DNA from: Schmidtea polychroa
Lineage: Eukaryota
Assembly: GCA_044892525.1 (NCBI GenBank)
Contig: CM097885.1
Span: 36,706,001-36,770,000, forward strand
Direction: 5' to 3'
Length of the DNA: 64,000 bases
In this document: positions 1 to 14,429 of the stretch, piece after piece
How the letters are laid out: each line of letters starts with the position of its first letter
How positions within the stretch are numbered: the first letter of the stretch is position 1
The notes under the pieces: generated by a model
The model's input: the letters and a program-made list of their open reading frames with translations, nothing else
Databases searched by the model: none
What the model was told of the DNA's origin: nothing
Translations under genes and position numbers: made by a program

Positions 1-275
1 AAGAATGAATGTTTTTTTTCTAAATAAATATAATTAAATAAAGTTATGTACCAATACCAATAAATCTTATTTTTATTATTCTTTTAAATAATAAATTATT
101 ATAAATGATGTGTCTGATATCGATATAATTAGTCTGTTGCTGAAGTCAATGATGCATTTACTAAACCAACTATTATTTATTATTATTATATTATTATTTA
201 TATTCTTATTTAAATTCTTACATATATAGAAGTTTAGTAGAATATGGAAATTACATGAAATCTTTTATTATTATA

Positions 276-328
<53 letters not shown>

Positions 329-1919
329 CATTATTATTATATTAATAATGAGAATATTAGAAAACCACACTTAAACATCACTTATACTATGTCACAACAG
401 GTCCACTGTTATATTTAAGTAAATAGAAATAAAATTACAAATTTTCAAAATTGCAAAAAATTTTAAAAAATATTTTCCAAATAATAACTTTTATTTTAAA
501 TCACTCAAAATACTTTTAAATCAAAACTAAAATAATATGTAGTAATAATTGTTTAGATTTTGAACAATTAAATGATAATTTAGGTCTTTTACTGTGAAAA
601 AGATTTTAATACAAATGAAAAAACCTTCGACTATAAGATAGCCCTAGTATTACCCCTTGGAAATCGAAACTTCTTTCATGTGTATTAAATATGTTATTCG
701 CAGGAAAAGGCTTAAACTATTATTTAATTGTTTAAAATTTAATTAATGCTGCTGCCAAGCAATCATCACTTTATAATTGTTTACATTCTTAAATAAATTT
801 ATTTTACATTCATATTATTTTACACATAAGTTTTTCATGTACCATTTTAAATACGACAATACAAAAACAAAAATAGCATCTTTACATACGCAATACTCTC
901 TAATTATGAAGATTCAAATGACATTCAAATTTATAAATAAGATTCAAATACAATGTTAGCAGAATTTGAAATTCAGCAATGAACAAAACAAGTACAAAAA
1001 CAAGATTCAGAGACTATCTTAAAAATAGAATATACAACCGTTTACTCAGCATCTTTGTACCAATCATACACCACTCCAAATGGGACAATACAAACACAAA
1101 CACATAATTTTGTTCACTAGTATTAAATTAATTCCTTAAAAATTAAAAACACTTATACAGATGAGACTTATACTTGACGATTTACGGTAAATGCTTCTTG
1201 CTATAGAAATTATTATAATTTCAATCTTCAAATGGTCTTCACTGTAACTACTTTTACCGATTATCTTTATTTTACTCGATAAATATTCGGACGATATTAT
1301 GTGATAGAGTAATTCCTAAATGTATGAACAATTAGAATGTATCTTAATTACTCAAATTGTTTTTACACCTGAATTATAAAATATCATAAAACCTAAAATA
1401 AATTCAGTAAATTGAGAAGTTTTGCATGCAGATTTAAACAAAAGTAACCAAACAATTAAGTTGAGTTTTTGAAATAAAGCTAATGGATTCTGGTAGATTA
1501 GTGAAAGAGGATAGTCATACATATTAGATATTAATTTTATGCGTTACTGGTTTCTTCATAAAGAATTGTGGAAAGTCGACGAAAGAAAGGATTCATTTCA
1601 TATTGTTAATCACAAAATCATATTACAAATTTCTTTTGGTCGAATAATTTTTTTACTTCTTCATCAGAGTCGGATGAATCAAACATTGACTAAGTAAGGA
1701 ATCTCTTTTATATGAATATGTAATAATGACATCATATAATAATATTATATAAATACTATTTATTTCAATTAAATATTACTTCTTGTAGTAAATGAAAACA
1801 TTTAAAGTAATTGGAGTAATATAAAAAGTACATCATAAAATAAATTAAGTTTATTCATATCATAATATTTCATTATTATTTATAATTAAAACAAATTAAA
1901 ATAGGTTTTCTTGATTTAG

Positions 1920-2224
1920 AATAAAGGATCAGTTCTCCAATTATATGGAAAAAGTGGTGACTATTTGATTTTAGAAATTGTAAATGGATACTTGAATTTG
2001 CTATTTAATTGGGGAAACGGATTCAATAAAAAAGTCCGAAAAGAAATAAAAATTGACGACAACATATGGCACAGAGTAATACTAATCAGGGAGAACTCAA
2101 AATCCAGTTCATTTGCTTTTCGAATCGACAGTCAACCCATAGGAGACAGAGCTCACATTGAATTGAAAGCTGGAGGGTTAAACTTCAATTCGTTTGAAAA
2201 TCTTTTTCTTGGAAGTGCAGAGAA
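1920..2224 (+). CDS. NRXN: Neurexin internal exon: laminin-G/LNS5 domain (upstream exons outside window)
   Basis: ttag| acceptor at 1918-19. Reads NKGSVLQLYGKSGDYLILEIVNGYLNLLFNWGNG...DDNIWHRVILIR...NLFLGSAE, like neurexin LNS5 (DFIVVELVKGYLHYVFDLGNG...NDNQWHNV). Donor GTAAAT at 2225, phase 2. Confidence 0.88.
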
Positions 2225-2323
2225 GTAAATTTTTACTATTATTAGTCGTACTCAAATTATTATTATTATTACTATTATTATAAACACTAAAGCTTTGTTT
2301 GTGAAATCTAGTACATGTCCAAC

Positions 2324-2361
2324 AGTAGACTAAATTCCAGATTTTGGCTCTCATCAGTACT
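2324..2361 (-). ncRNA. Hammerhead motif (family C, partly decayed)
   Basis: Reverse strand reads AGTA-CTGATGA-gagccaaaatctg-GAAT-ttag-TC-TACT. Confidence 0.6.
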
Positions 2362-2491
2362 ATGCAAGAGCAGTGAAGATTTCTCTTCGCGTTAGGTAAG
2401 TATACAACAATGTTGAATAAACTTCATTACATACTTTGCCTGGTACACTGGATAACACTGGATATTGCTTATTTTTTAACTTGGTCACAAA

Positions 2492-2668
<177 letters not shown>

Positions 2669-3097
2669 TTTATTTTCATCATTATTATTAATGATTTTAT
2701 TATTATTGTTATTAATATTTTAAATTTTAATAATAATTTTAGTTTTATTTTAATTTTTTATTGAAAAAAAAATTATTATGACGAAATAATCTAACGACGA
2801 TATATTTAATATTATAAAACTATTCCAACATAAAATATTAGATCTTGAAAAACTGGAAATGCTGATTACTCAAGTGTATTATTTGATTAAAGCAAAGCTC
2901 AAGATCAACTTGATTCTGGATTAGTGAATACACTGACTGAAAATATTTTTTGAAAAATTATTATTCATTTATTCATATTTTCTGAAACTAATATGTTGAA
3001 TTTGAATTTATTAAACGATGCCGAATTACTTTTGTTTTATTCGCATTTTAATCAATAAAAAGTTTGAGAAATAATATTTTTACATTGCAAAATCATC

Positions 3098-3236
<139 letters not shown>

Positions 3237-3281
3237 TTGTTATCATTATTATTATTTAATTTCATTGCTGATTTGATTTAG

Positions 3282-3583
3282 ATATTTATCCAAAACTAAT
3301 CAAATCAGAGATAAAGTTACATCAAGCCAAGGGTTTGAAGGTTGTATATCTTCGTTTTATATGAATCAGACAAAACACGTTTCAACAAAATCTATATATC
3401 AAAATCTTCTTGCTATTGCCTTAGCAAATAACGGAGTTGTAGAAGATTGCTCTGAAGACCACAATTATCAAGTTAGCTGTCGACCTAATACTTGTCATTC
3501 CGGAGGCAGATGTATACAGCAATGGATACGAATAAGATGTGACTGTGCAATGACCACTTTTATCGGCGAAAGATGTGATAAAG
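3282..3583 (+). CDS. NRXN: Neurexin exon: end of LNS5 plus EGF3
   Basis: Phase-2 acceptor matches the previous exon. Encodes GFEGCISS...CRPNTCHSGGRCIQQWIRIRCDCAMTTFIGERCDK, like neurexin EGF3 (CSNQGVCLQQW...CDCSMTSFSGPLC). Donor GT at 3584, phase 1. Confidence 0.93.
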
Positions 3584-5371
3584 GTTATTAAATTTATTTA
3601 TAATAATTATATATCAATGTTTTAATCAATATATTTATTTATTTTTTATGACATATCGCAATTTGAAAAGAATAGATTTGTAATTAGATTTGTTCTATAA
3701 TATTATTCAAGATTTGACTAAAAACTGAAAATTATTTTTTTACATAGTTATTATAAACATATATAATATGTAATAAACCAGTTATCACTACAATATTGAT
3801 AGTATGCACTCGCATTTAAACAAAATAATTATATAAAATATATGAAAAATATAATAAACATACAATGTTTTAATAATGCAAAATAGTAAATTAAAAAAAA
3901 CAAATAAAAGAATAACTGAATTTAAAATCCATAGATAATATTATTTGTAAACACAAACAAAATAATTGCTGAAATGACATTTAATTTTCGAGCTTAGAAA
4001 AGCTTTCTTTGACAGTTGTGAAATCTTAATAGTAATATTCTAGCACTATTTGACGAATCTGTCAATTATTGAAACGTTGCTTTCGTTTCATGTCGGCTAA
4101 AAAGATAAATTGGAAATTGAAAATTTAAAACCATATCATTAAAAACTATATGAAATTCTTAAATGTTTATCAAATGAAAAATTCCCAATACAAATGTTAA
4201 TAATATAAACAAACTATTTTAATTAAATGAGAGGAAACTTTGAAAAATTAAAAATTATTGATTGGAAAATCTGGCAAAATTCTGAAGAATTATTTTAATT
4301 TAGTTTTCATTAATAGTCACGCTAATTGCATTTATTTAAACAAAATGATTTATAATAACCACGTTGATTGATTTTGTTGGAAAAAACTATTTTTAATTAA
4401 AAACAATATAAATGAAAATATTTAACAAAAATAATATTGTATTAAAAATGTTGTATTTCATACAAATATAATAATTCCAATCTAAACGAACTTTAGAAAT
4501 AAATATTTTTAATAATTTTATTATTGCTATGAAATGTTTTAGTCCGATATTATAATTGTATTTAAAAGTATAACTATAATTATAACTTAATATTTTTTAG
4601 ACAAAAACACTTGAACTTTCTTAACAGAAGAATCAGATCATATATAAACTTTAAAATTAATTAATTACAGATTAAATTACAAGTTTTTATTTTCACAACT
4701 AAGTACACAAATTCTTAATAAATTTATCAACTAATTTCAATGTACTTTTAACACTTTCGAGGAAAATAACTGCATAAATTAATTAGTATTAATTTGCAGG
4801 GACATGACTGCATTTCCAGGCATTAAAATGCCGTATCCATACTTTCATGTCTAGAATGTAGAGAAATTTTATGCTGAAATATTAATACATAGTTTCCGTC
4901 ACTATAAATCACATGGCTCTAAAAAGTAGGCGCATGTAAGACTTTTTATAAAAAGTGTTATTAAACTAAATCTTTGGTTAAGTTTACCTTGTAAAATGTT
5001 TCAACACTATTCAAATCTCATAATATATAAATATAAATCATTCTTAATTGACGCAGCATTATTTCTAATAAAACTCGGCATTTTGGTTTTCTGAAGGAAA
5101 TAATTAATTTTGTTAACATTTTTATTAATTAATTATTTTGCAATTTTTAAATTGTGTTTTCTGACGCTTCTGTAAAGATTTAAAATAACTCGACTCTATA
5201 CAAAGAACAAATATATAACAAAATTTCTCGTCACACTCATTTAACCGATATTTAAAAATAATGAATGCAATTTTGAGAATATTTAAAGAATAGCCTAATT
5301 TCAAAACCTACATTTTTACGAGTTAATATTATTATTGTTACTTTTATTATTACTATTATTACTATTATTAC

Positions 5372-5453
<82 letters not shown>

Positions 5454-5574
5454 ATGATTAAGTAATGATTACTTGGTAGCCGCATTAATTAAATTCAAAA
5501 ACAATTAAATGATAATTTAAACCTTTTGCTGCGAATTATATATTTAATACAAATTAAAAAAAGTTTCGACTTAA

Positions 5575-7378
5575 AAAGCCATTAAAAAAACTGTAAAAAA
5601 ATCGACTAGAAAAACTGTTACTGCAAAGCTACCTAGGATCACCTCGGCAACATTGACATATGCAAGAAAGTTAGCCGCATGTTACCTAACACCATCGAAA
5701 TGAAGATCAACAAAGTATGGAAAGACTATTGACAAATTTATTAAAAATCCTAAGGATTCATGTTTGAGAAAATCTGGGTGTGATTTTGTTGAGGTGTGTG
5801 AGTCTGATGAGTCAAATAAATTAAATAGTGTGACCAAGGATGATGAGCCTAAATTTGTGTTGGTGTTGGGGTTCAACAGGAGAGGCACAAAAAATGAGGT
5901 GAAAATCGATAAAAACACGTAATTCAAAATAAAATTTAAAGTACAAAATATTAATTAAAAATCAAAAAAAATTTGAAAATGAATAATTTTTGGGGGAAAC
6001 TGGTATAGGCGGATGATAAATAATGAGACGAGTTCAACTATCATAAAATAAAATTAATGGGGGTCCCCAAAAGGAATAAATAACAAAAATTAATTAATTA
6101 ATGGAGAACCTGAGCTAATGGGAAACTCGAGACAATGGAAAACCCGAGCGATTTGAGAAAACCTGAATTAGCAATCCAATTTTGGGAAGGTAATTAAATT
6201 AGGTAAATAAAATAAAAATAACACGAGCCGTCAAAGAAAAAGGGGGCAATTTCCGTAAATTAAATTAGAGCTGCAAGAGGAAGCTCGCGGGGAAGTTAGA
6301 CCCAAACTAATTTACTAAAATAAAGTCAATTACCAAGTGTGTATAAAAGCAACTGGCAAGAAAACAAAACTGCCAGTTGGTCGAAGAAAAGAAGATAAAA
6401 ATTTGGCGAGAGCGAAAAAGAAAACATTAAAGTTAGTAGAAAATAAATAATTTAAAATTCGAACGAACCAGAAAGGGACATCTCCGGTTGGAAGATCTAT
6501 CCCTGCGTGAGATTTGTTGGCAAATTGAAAAGTGCAGACAAAACCTGATTGTATCGAGTATGAGTGAACTAATAAAAAGTATAAAAGTGTAACTGCATCA
6601 GTGTTAATAAAGATTTTGTGATGGTTCGTTTATTTATTTTGAAAAGAGTCAGATAGTAGTACTGACTTACATTAAAAACCCAACATTAGTATTGCCGTAT
6701 TCAGAAGGTTTAAAGGATTATAATGTGAAGATAAGAAAGCAATTAGAGAATTTAAAATATAGGATAGTGTCAACTTCATGGAAAGTACGCAATATGTTTA
6801 TTAATAAGTCAAAAACTCCTATCGAATTGTGTTCCGATCTCGTTTATCAGTTTACATGTAATTGGTGTAATGCCACATACATTGGAGAGACTTTCCATCA
6901 TCTCTGTATTCGAGCTCGAGAACATTATAGACCGAAGGCTTTGACCCATATTAGTGAGCACAATAAGGGCTGTAAGATTAAAATAGGTATGTCTGATTTT
7001 AAAATTTTATTAAAAAAGTTTGACAACTATTGGGAACGTGAGCAGAATGCAGTGAATACTTGTATTTTAAATGTTTCTAAATAATTTTTTTCCTTGTATA
7101 TTGAATGTATTGATTGTTGTGTTAAATTAAATAATTAAAAACAATTTTTTAAATTATTAAATTAAATTCTGAATGCTAAAACTTTAAAAATAATATATTA
7201 ATTTAATTATAATTTTTAAAAATAATTAATTGTTTTTATTAAATAAAAAAGTTTTTATATAATTAATAAATTTGTTTAAAATCCTTAATTTACATAGTTA
7301 TTATATCCCACCTGATGATGACAGGAAAACTGTCGAAATATATCATGAAAAGAATGTTTGATTGGCGTTATCTTATAA
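5575..7378 (+). mobile_element. Penelope-like retroelement remnant (GIY-YIG endonuclease ORF 6692-7084 plus pseudo-LTR with hammerhead)
   Basis: ORF contains LVYQFTCNWCNATYIGETFHHLCIRAREH, the PLE GIY-YIG with CxxC. 6757-7378 is nearly identical to 26694-27361. The 5' boundary is approximate and the RT appears deleted. Confidence 0.8.
7309..7347 (+). ncRNA. Hammerhead ribozyme motif (family B)
   Basis: CAC-CTGATGA-T-GACAG-gaaaa-CTGTC-GAAA-tata-TC-ATG, with one stem I mismatch. Confidence 0.68.
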
Positions 7379-7397
7379 TTATTATTATTTATGTTAC

Positions 7398-7446
<49 letters not shown>

Positions 7447-7487
7447 ATTAATATTAATATTAATATTATTATTATTATTAATATTAA

Positions 7488-7534
<47 letters not shown>

Positions 7535-10500
7535 TTATTAATATTAATATTAATATTATTATTATTATCATTGATAATAATATTATTAATATTATTATTA
7601 TTATTATTATTATGATTATTATTGTACTTTTATGGTAAAAAACATAGCAAATATAAAATTTATTTAAAGAAATTTGATTTGATTTAATAAATAATAACGA
7701 ATTTCACATAATATAAACAAATTGATCAGAAAGTAAGTAAAATAAAATCAATTGCAGAATCTTCATTTTATGTAATTCAATTTGAGAAATATAAATCAAA
7801 GCTCATTTTATTATTCTGACAGTGATTAGAACAACTTTTTCATTTTAAATATTTCATTTATATTATTTTCAAAGAAAAATGTCAGTTTCACGAAAACATT
7901 TGAGAGACTATAAAAGAATTTGAATGTTGTGTTAGAATAATTTCCAATAGATATGCTATGAAAATATTCTTATAAAGCGATGATTTTGTCATTTGTCACA
8001 TATTAAAAAGAGTATGTATTTTATGAATTACTGAATAACTAATATAATACAATGTAAATAAAATGTTGTTATATTGAATTAATAACTAATTGTAAGTAAA
8101 GTTTTAAATGAGATTTAACGATGACTGAATATAGAATTTTTTATTTCTTCTCCATTAGTTATTTTTATTTTAGACTTGGTAAAAATAAATTGTCATTACA
8201 GAAACAAATATACTTACAATTAGTAGCCTTCTTATTTGTCGAAACAATTTGTTTACAATAAACAATTTATTCTCATAGGATCAAAATGAATCTTTTAAAC
8301 ACTGACATTAACAAACTTTTATTATTATAGCTTTTCAAATGATTTTAGTTATATTATTTATTGGTTAGTTCATGTTATAAGATTATTTGAAATTATTAGA
8401 AGTCTTAGTATGTCGAAAACAATGAAGGTTTAAGAAAAGGTATAACTATAAAATTGAATATAAAAACAGAATTAAATAGACATTTCGAAATAACGAAATA
8501 CGTTTAGGAAAGTTAAAAGAAGAATAGCCTTGTTCTAAGTTAGTGTACTAGGATTAAATATTGGAGACAAAAGAATGTTGGAGATTTGATCTAGTTGACA
8601 GTATTTGATAGACATAAGCAAAATATCGTATAGGAAATGTAATATTATATGAATAAATAGTATTTGACAAAATCTTGAAAACGTAACATATATATAACAT
8701 ATATGACGAAGAAAATTGTAAATGAACAATATAATAATTTTCCAAAATCATTAGGTATTAAATTTTTATAGTATAAAACTTTATATAATATTTCTATGCA
8801 ACTGATAAATTAAATGCCATTTAACATATTAGAAAAACTCAAATTAATAAATAATATTTTGGATTCTCCGTAAGGAAAAGTCTAAAAAGGATTTAAAGAG
8901 AATTAAATTTTCCCAACTAATTTGAATGGAATTACGTGAGTGTCTAAATGAAAAAAAAACAGTTCTGACAATATCAGTGAATTTATATCAAATGAAAATT
9001 CATAAGTTGATCCTACCACAAAATCCCCCATTTCCCAATTTCTGAAATATTTCCTTGAAAATCAAATTGTTAAGTGAAGAACAATTAAATTATCAAATAG
9101 TAAAAGAATAATATTTTTAAATTAAAATTTAATTACTATTTTGTTATTAATATTTTATAATTTTATTTCATTAATATTTATGTAAAATTTATTCTTTTTC
9201 TCGGAACTAATTTATTTGAGATTTTATTATATTTTTATATTGAAAAATAAACTTTTAATGAATTTTACATTAGAAAAAGCGGAATTGAGACAACTAAATG
9301 ATAATCCTATAATATATCTCTTTCTACATTACTAATAAATCTTTTCATATTCGAACATTTGAAATAACAATTTAATTGAAATAATATTTTTAATTTAATT
9401 TTAAATTATAATAATAATTAAACGGATCATTACATTAAAAAGTTACCTTATTGAAAGAAATGTATCTTGTTTGGTTAAATTAAAACAAATGTACAACATT
9501 GCAATAGTATGTTAATATGTTCTCAAACTGTGGTGGTTAATATGAAAATATTTCAAATATTTATAACAAAAATCCCAAAACAAATGTACTATTAACAGTC
9601 ATAAAAATATACTATTTTTAATTAGTTATTTTGTCTTGGTTCTCCAAGGAATTTGTTTTTTTTAAAGTTTAATATATAACCAAAATAAATAACAGATAAT
9701 AAAAAATCTATATTTACTATAAACGAAAGAACTTAAGAAATTTATAAATTTAAGGAATTTTGTTTTATTAATTGAATAATTAATGAGCCAAATGAATTTA
9801 AATAGGTAACTGAAAATATCCAACTGAATGTTTTATGGTTAATTAATTTTTTTTAATTTTGTAGCTAAATTTCTATTTCTGAAATAAATGCATTAAAAAT
9901 ACTTAAAAAATAAGTAGATATTTTGAAATATTAGTTTTTTTTCCAACTATTTACTTCTTAAATGGGTCAAGAAAAACATCTTTTTTATTTTTTATTTTTA
10001 CATCTTTTTCACTAAATCCAAATCATTGATAGAAAATTGGAATTGGGAGAATTGATAATTCGAATTCAAAATAAAATTCTTTACCTAAATTCTTTTCCTA
10101 ATGTAGAGTTTTTATTATAAAAAACATTTCAAGTCGACGAAAGTAAAAAAATACATACTAATATTTATTTATTATTTATTTATAATTCTAAAATATGTAC
10201 AAAATAAAAAGGTTAGACTAATTTCTATAATATTAATGAAACTTTTAATATTTTTAATTTAGAAATTAACTTAATTATTAACATTTTTGATTAGTATATA
10301 GATCATTAGAAATTAGATTTAAATATTAGTTTTCTATTTTAATATTTGAACATATTTATTACTTAAATTTGATACTTTTAGTCGGTTACTATTTCATTAA
10401 TTTAATGGTAATTAACGCTTTGTTATTTATTATACTATATTTTGAATCCTTTTTCCGGGAATTATTTCCATTTAAATTATTTAAATAGGAAATTACATTA

Positions 10501-13500
10501 TAATTTGTTTTAAATAAATAATTTAATTTAAAAGATTTTAAATTAGATTTCGTAATTAATCATAATTTAATTTAATTTAATTTTTTTTTAAATAATTTTC
10601 GGAATTGATTCAAGATTTTAAAACAAAATGATCAAATGAAAATTATATTATTATTTAAGACAAAAAATGAAAAAACAACGGAAGTAACTATTACTTTTAA
10701 TGACTAAAAGATATTTTTAAGTTCACTCAATTATTATTTGAAACAATGAAGTATTTAAAATTTTTGTTCTTCTCATTTTCATTATTGTAAGATATAGAGT
10801 GAAAATTTGTCGGCTCACTCTTTTAAATATAAATATATAAACTTTGAAGATATTATTTGTAGCTAGTAAAAGTGTGGAGCGGCAAAAAGAGTATTATTTT
10901 TCTTGGCATAATTATTATTACAAGGAGGATTAATTATATGAATAATGTTAATTTATGAAATTACAAATTTAAAACTAAAACAAAAACTTATTTAAGGTAA
11001 GATAAGACTAATTTAGAACAATCAAACAAAAAGATTTATTTTTTTGTATTTATTTCTTTATAACAGTATAATTAATATAAACCGTATATATTACATAGGA
11101 TAAATAAATATACAATATTACAATGAAAGAAAATTTCTTATATATAATTCTGACTGTTATAGACGAGAGAGAGAAAGAGAGAGAGAGAGATTATTTCAAA
11201 CATATTAAGTTATGTAACAATAAATATATTTATCTACTAATAAATAACATTCAAATTATTTTAAAAATTAAATTTTCTAAATATTTATTGTTTTAAATTT
11301 GAGAATTGATCTGTTTTTAGATATAATAAATTGGTGTAATTTTAAAAAGCCTCGGGAAAAAAGGAGGAATATTGTTATTGATTAAAATAAATAATATTTA
11401 TTTTGTTTTTCGAAAGTCTTCAAACTTTATTTAATTTATTTAACATAAATTTTCGATAGTTTTTCAAATGTAAAAGGGAATTATAAAAAGTTCAATGGTG
11501 AAAAATAAAAAGATTTTAACGATAATTAATATTTAAATATAATTTAAAAAACAAATTCACCTAACATATACATAGAAACTTATATAATTTTACAATTTTT
11601 AAATTTTTTATAACATTTTACTGACATGTTTAATTTTCTTTCTAATATCAAACAGAAAATATTTCTTATATCTAATTTCAATACATAGTCTTATTATTAT
11701 TTTACTTTTATTTTACTTTTTATTTGAATTTATCACGTATTTTTAGCAAATATTTGAATTGTTAAACTCATTTTCATAATAGAAATAAGTACTTTGTTAT
11801 ATATATTTTTTTAGTTGAATCATAAAAGTGCCTTATTATTTCCTAATAATTGTGTTTTACAAATTTTAAATAGAATTTTATCCAATTTTGTGTGGAATAT
11901 TATTTAGATGGAAGTGTCTGACAGGACAGCTCGGCTTCTTTTTAGTAATTAGTTAAAAACATTTGAAACACAAATAAAGGTCTTGAAAAAGCACTGAAGA
12001 AATTTGTGTTATATATAAAATAATTTTTACCCACAACTCAGTTATTAATAGCGATTTTAAATTCATTTTGAACAAATTAAAACAAAACCCTTATACTTTT
12101 ATGAAACCAATTTTTACAAATTTGTATGTAAACCTAGTAAGTTCAGAGATTCATTAACACTTTTATTAACATATAATTTATTTCTTTACTGATTCATAGT
12201 CAAGCCTTTTAATAAATACAATGTCAATTGAAAAGAAATCAATGGTGAAAATTGAAAAAAGTTCTTATAATAATACAATTTATAATTTAATATTGAGATT
12301 TTATCAGCTTCTTTAGCCACTTTTAATGTAGTCTTTTTATGATATTTCATTTATTTTCAAACATTATTTTGTGTTTCACAAAAGATTTATGTTTTATCTA
12401 TTGTCATAAATAAAATAAATGAAATTTCATTTAAATTTTAAATAAATAAAAACATAAAATAAAAAATAATAATTAATAATATATTTAATATTTGCATAAA
12501 TTGTGCTCTTGAGACGAGTATCTAACAATATTTTCTTCATTGATATTAAAAAAGAAAATTATATATAGTTGTTCTGAAGAATCTAACAAAATTAAATAAA
12601 ATGTATCGTTAAGAAAGAAATAGAATTTAGAATTATGTATGATGTAAATTTTGAATAAAAACATTTTTGTTTTGTTGAAATAAAATGATATTTAAAAAAA
12701 ATGCTGTTGTTTAAAAGAATGAATAAAAAATATTAGATTGTAAAATAGTTATTTAAAATAAATATCTTATTTATAAGTTTCACTTATTATTATTATAAAG
12801 ATTAATTGTGGAAATTTTGTTGAAGGAAAAAATTAATTTTATTATAATATAATATAGAGTTAAATGATATACAAAATTTGAATATCAAATGTTTTAATCT
12901 CCAAAATATAACTTACTCAAAATCCTTTTCTCAACTAATGTTGGCAAAATTAATGATATTAGAGAATTGGATTCTAAATTTGTAAGAAGGAATATTCTTA
13001 ATGATAAAGTCAAGTTAGAGTTAAAGGATTTGCTAAAGGAGTTCAAAAATGTCAACAGTAAATTAGAAAACATTAATAAAACAAATGATTATGTTGAGAA
13101 TGTTTATCAAATATATTTGTTCTCAACTCAGCTGCGAAATAAAGATTCTGAAAACAGTTTAGAATGTAATCAATCATTCAGTGTACAAGTTCAAAAGCAC
13201 CGAATAAAACCAGTAAAATTTCGCAGTTAATATAAGTAAAGAAAAATGTTATATCGAGCATCACATCTAGTTCTGAACATTTACATTTCTCAGGTCATCC
13301 TGAATTTAATTATTTTAATATTAAATCGAATATTTTATTACGTTGTAGGCAAACGAGAAATAATGTGTCAACTCCAGTGATAAATGATCGTCAAGGCTTT
13401 TCACATGAAAACATTTTCCCAACAAAAATTGCTGGAATCAAGCATTATAAATTTAATTGGAAATAAATAACATAATAAATAGATTAGTTAATAAATTATT

Positions 13501-14429
13501 ATTCAGACAAACATAGGGATTCAAATAAATATTATAAAAACTTTTTTTTCTTCCAATTTCACCACTGATTATTTTTTCCATTGAATTTATTAAAAAGAGA
13601 GTTTGAAGACTATAAATCAGTAATATATCGATGTTTGTTGATACTCACGAATTTTCGGCGCTGCCTTTTTAAGTGATACCAATAATAAATAAATAAATAA
13701 AATATTAAATAAACAAAATTGTGTGAAAAAATACATACAAACTAACCTTAAATGAAGATAAAAATTTGGACAACGTTTATGATTTCATAATATTGTTAAG
13801 AATACCTAAATAATAAAAATTAAATAGTTATTGTTAAACTGAACAAAATGATTGGGGAAATTATAAAAAAATAAAGTAAATGTAGCATAAAAATTCTAAA
13901 ATTTGTTACACTTTTGTTTAGTGTTCTTAATTAATTATTTGAATGGGTATTACATATGCACATACAAACAACAAATTCGAAGCTAAACTTAATGATGAGT
14001 ATGAGACCTGATCAGCGTTTTAAAATCTTTTTTATTATTAATATCTTGAAAATAATAATCTCCCACTACAAATTACGAAGATGTTCGTGTAAATCCAGTA
14101 AAATAAAACAAAACAAAATTAATATTATTGAACCTACTATAAAAAGGATTCAAAACAAAATTAACAGAAACAAGATTAACGTATCAAAATACTTACGATG
14201 TCCACTGGAATTGTAAATATTATCTATTATTCCGTGCAGACGATAAAATCGCGCTAGGTAACATCGTACATATCGCATGCGGCATTGTCCTAAAAATGCA
14301 ATATATAACCCGGAAAAAATTCAAAATCACATAAAGATAGAATTTGTTGGTTGAATTGTGAAATTATTAAAAGCTTTTAAATGAAATAACATTTTTAAAG
14401 CTTCATACAAAGCCAAATTGCAATAATTA

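Noticed and set aside
1639..1667. Minus-strand CTGATGA...CGA hammerhead-like motif
   Set aside because: Weak stem II and no GAAA; too degenerate to call.
12574..12610. CTGAAGA-atctaa-caaaa-ttaaat-aaaa, a possible fifth hammerhead
   Set aside because: Stem II is mismatched, GAAA is absent and there is no clear second copy to validate it.
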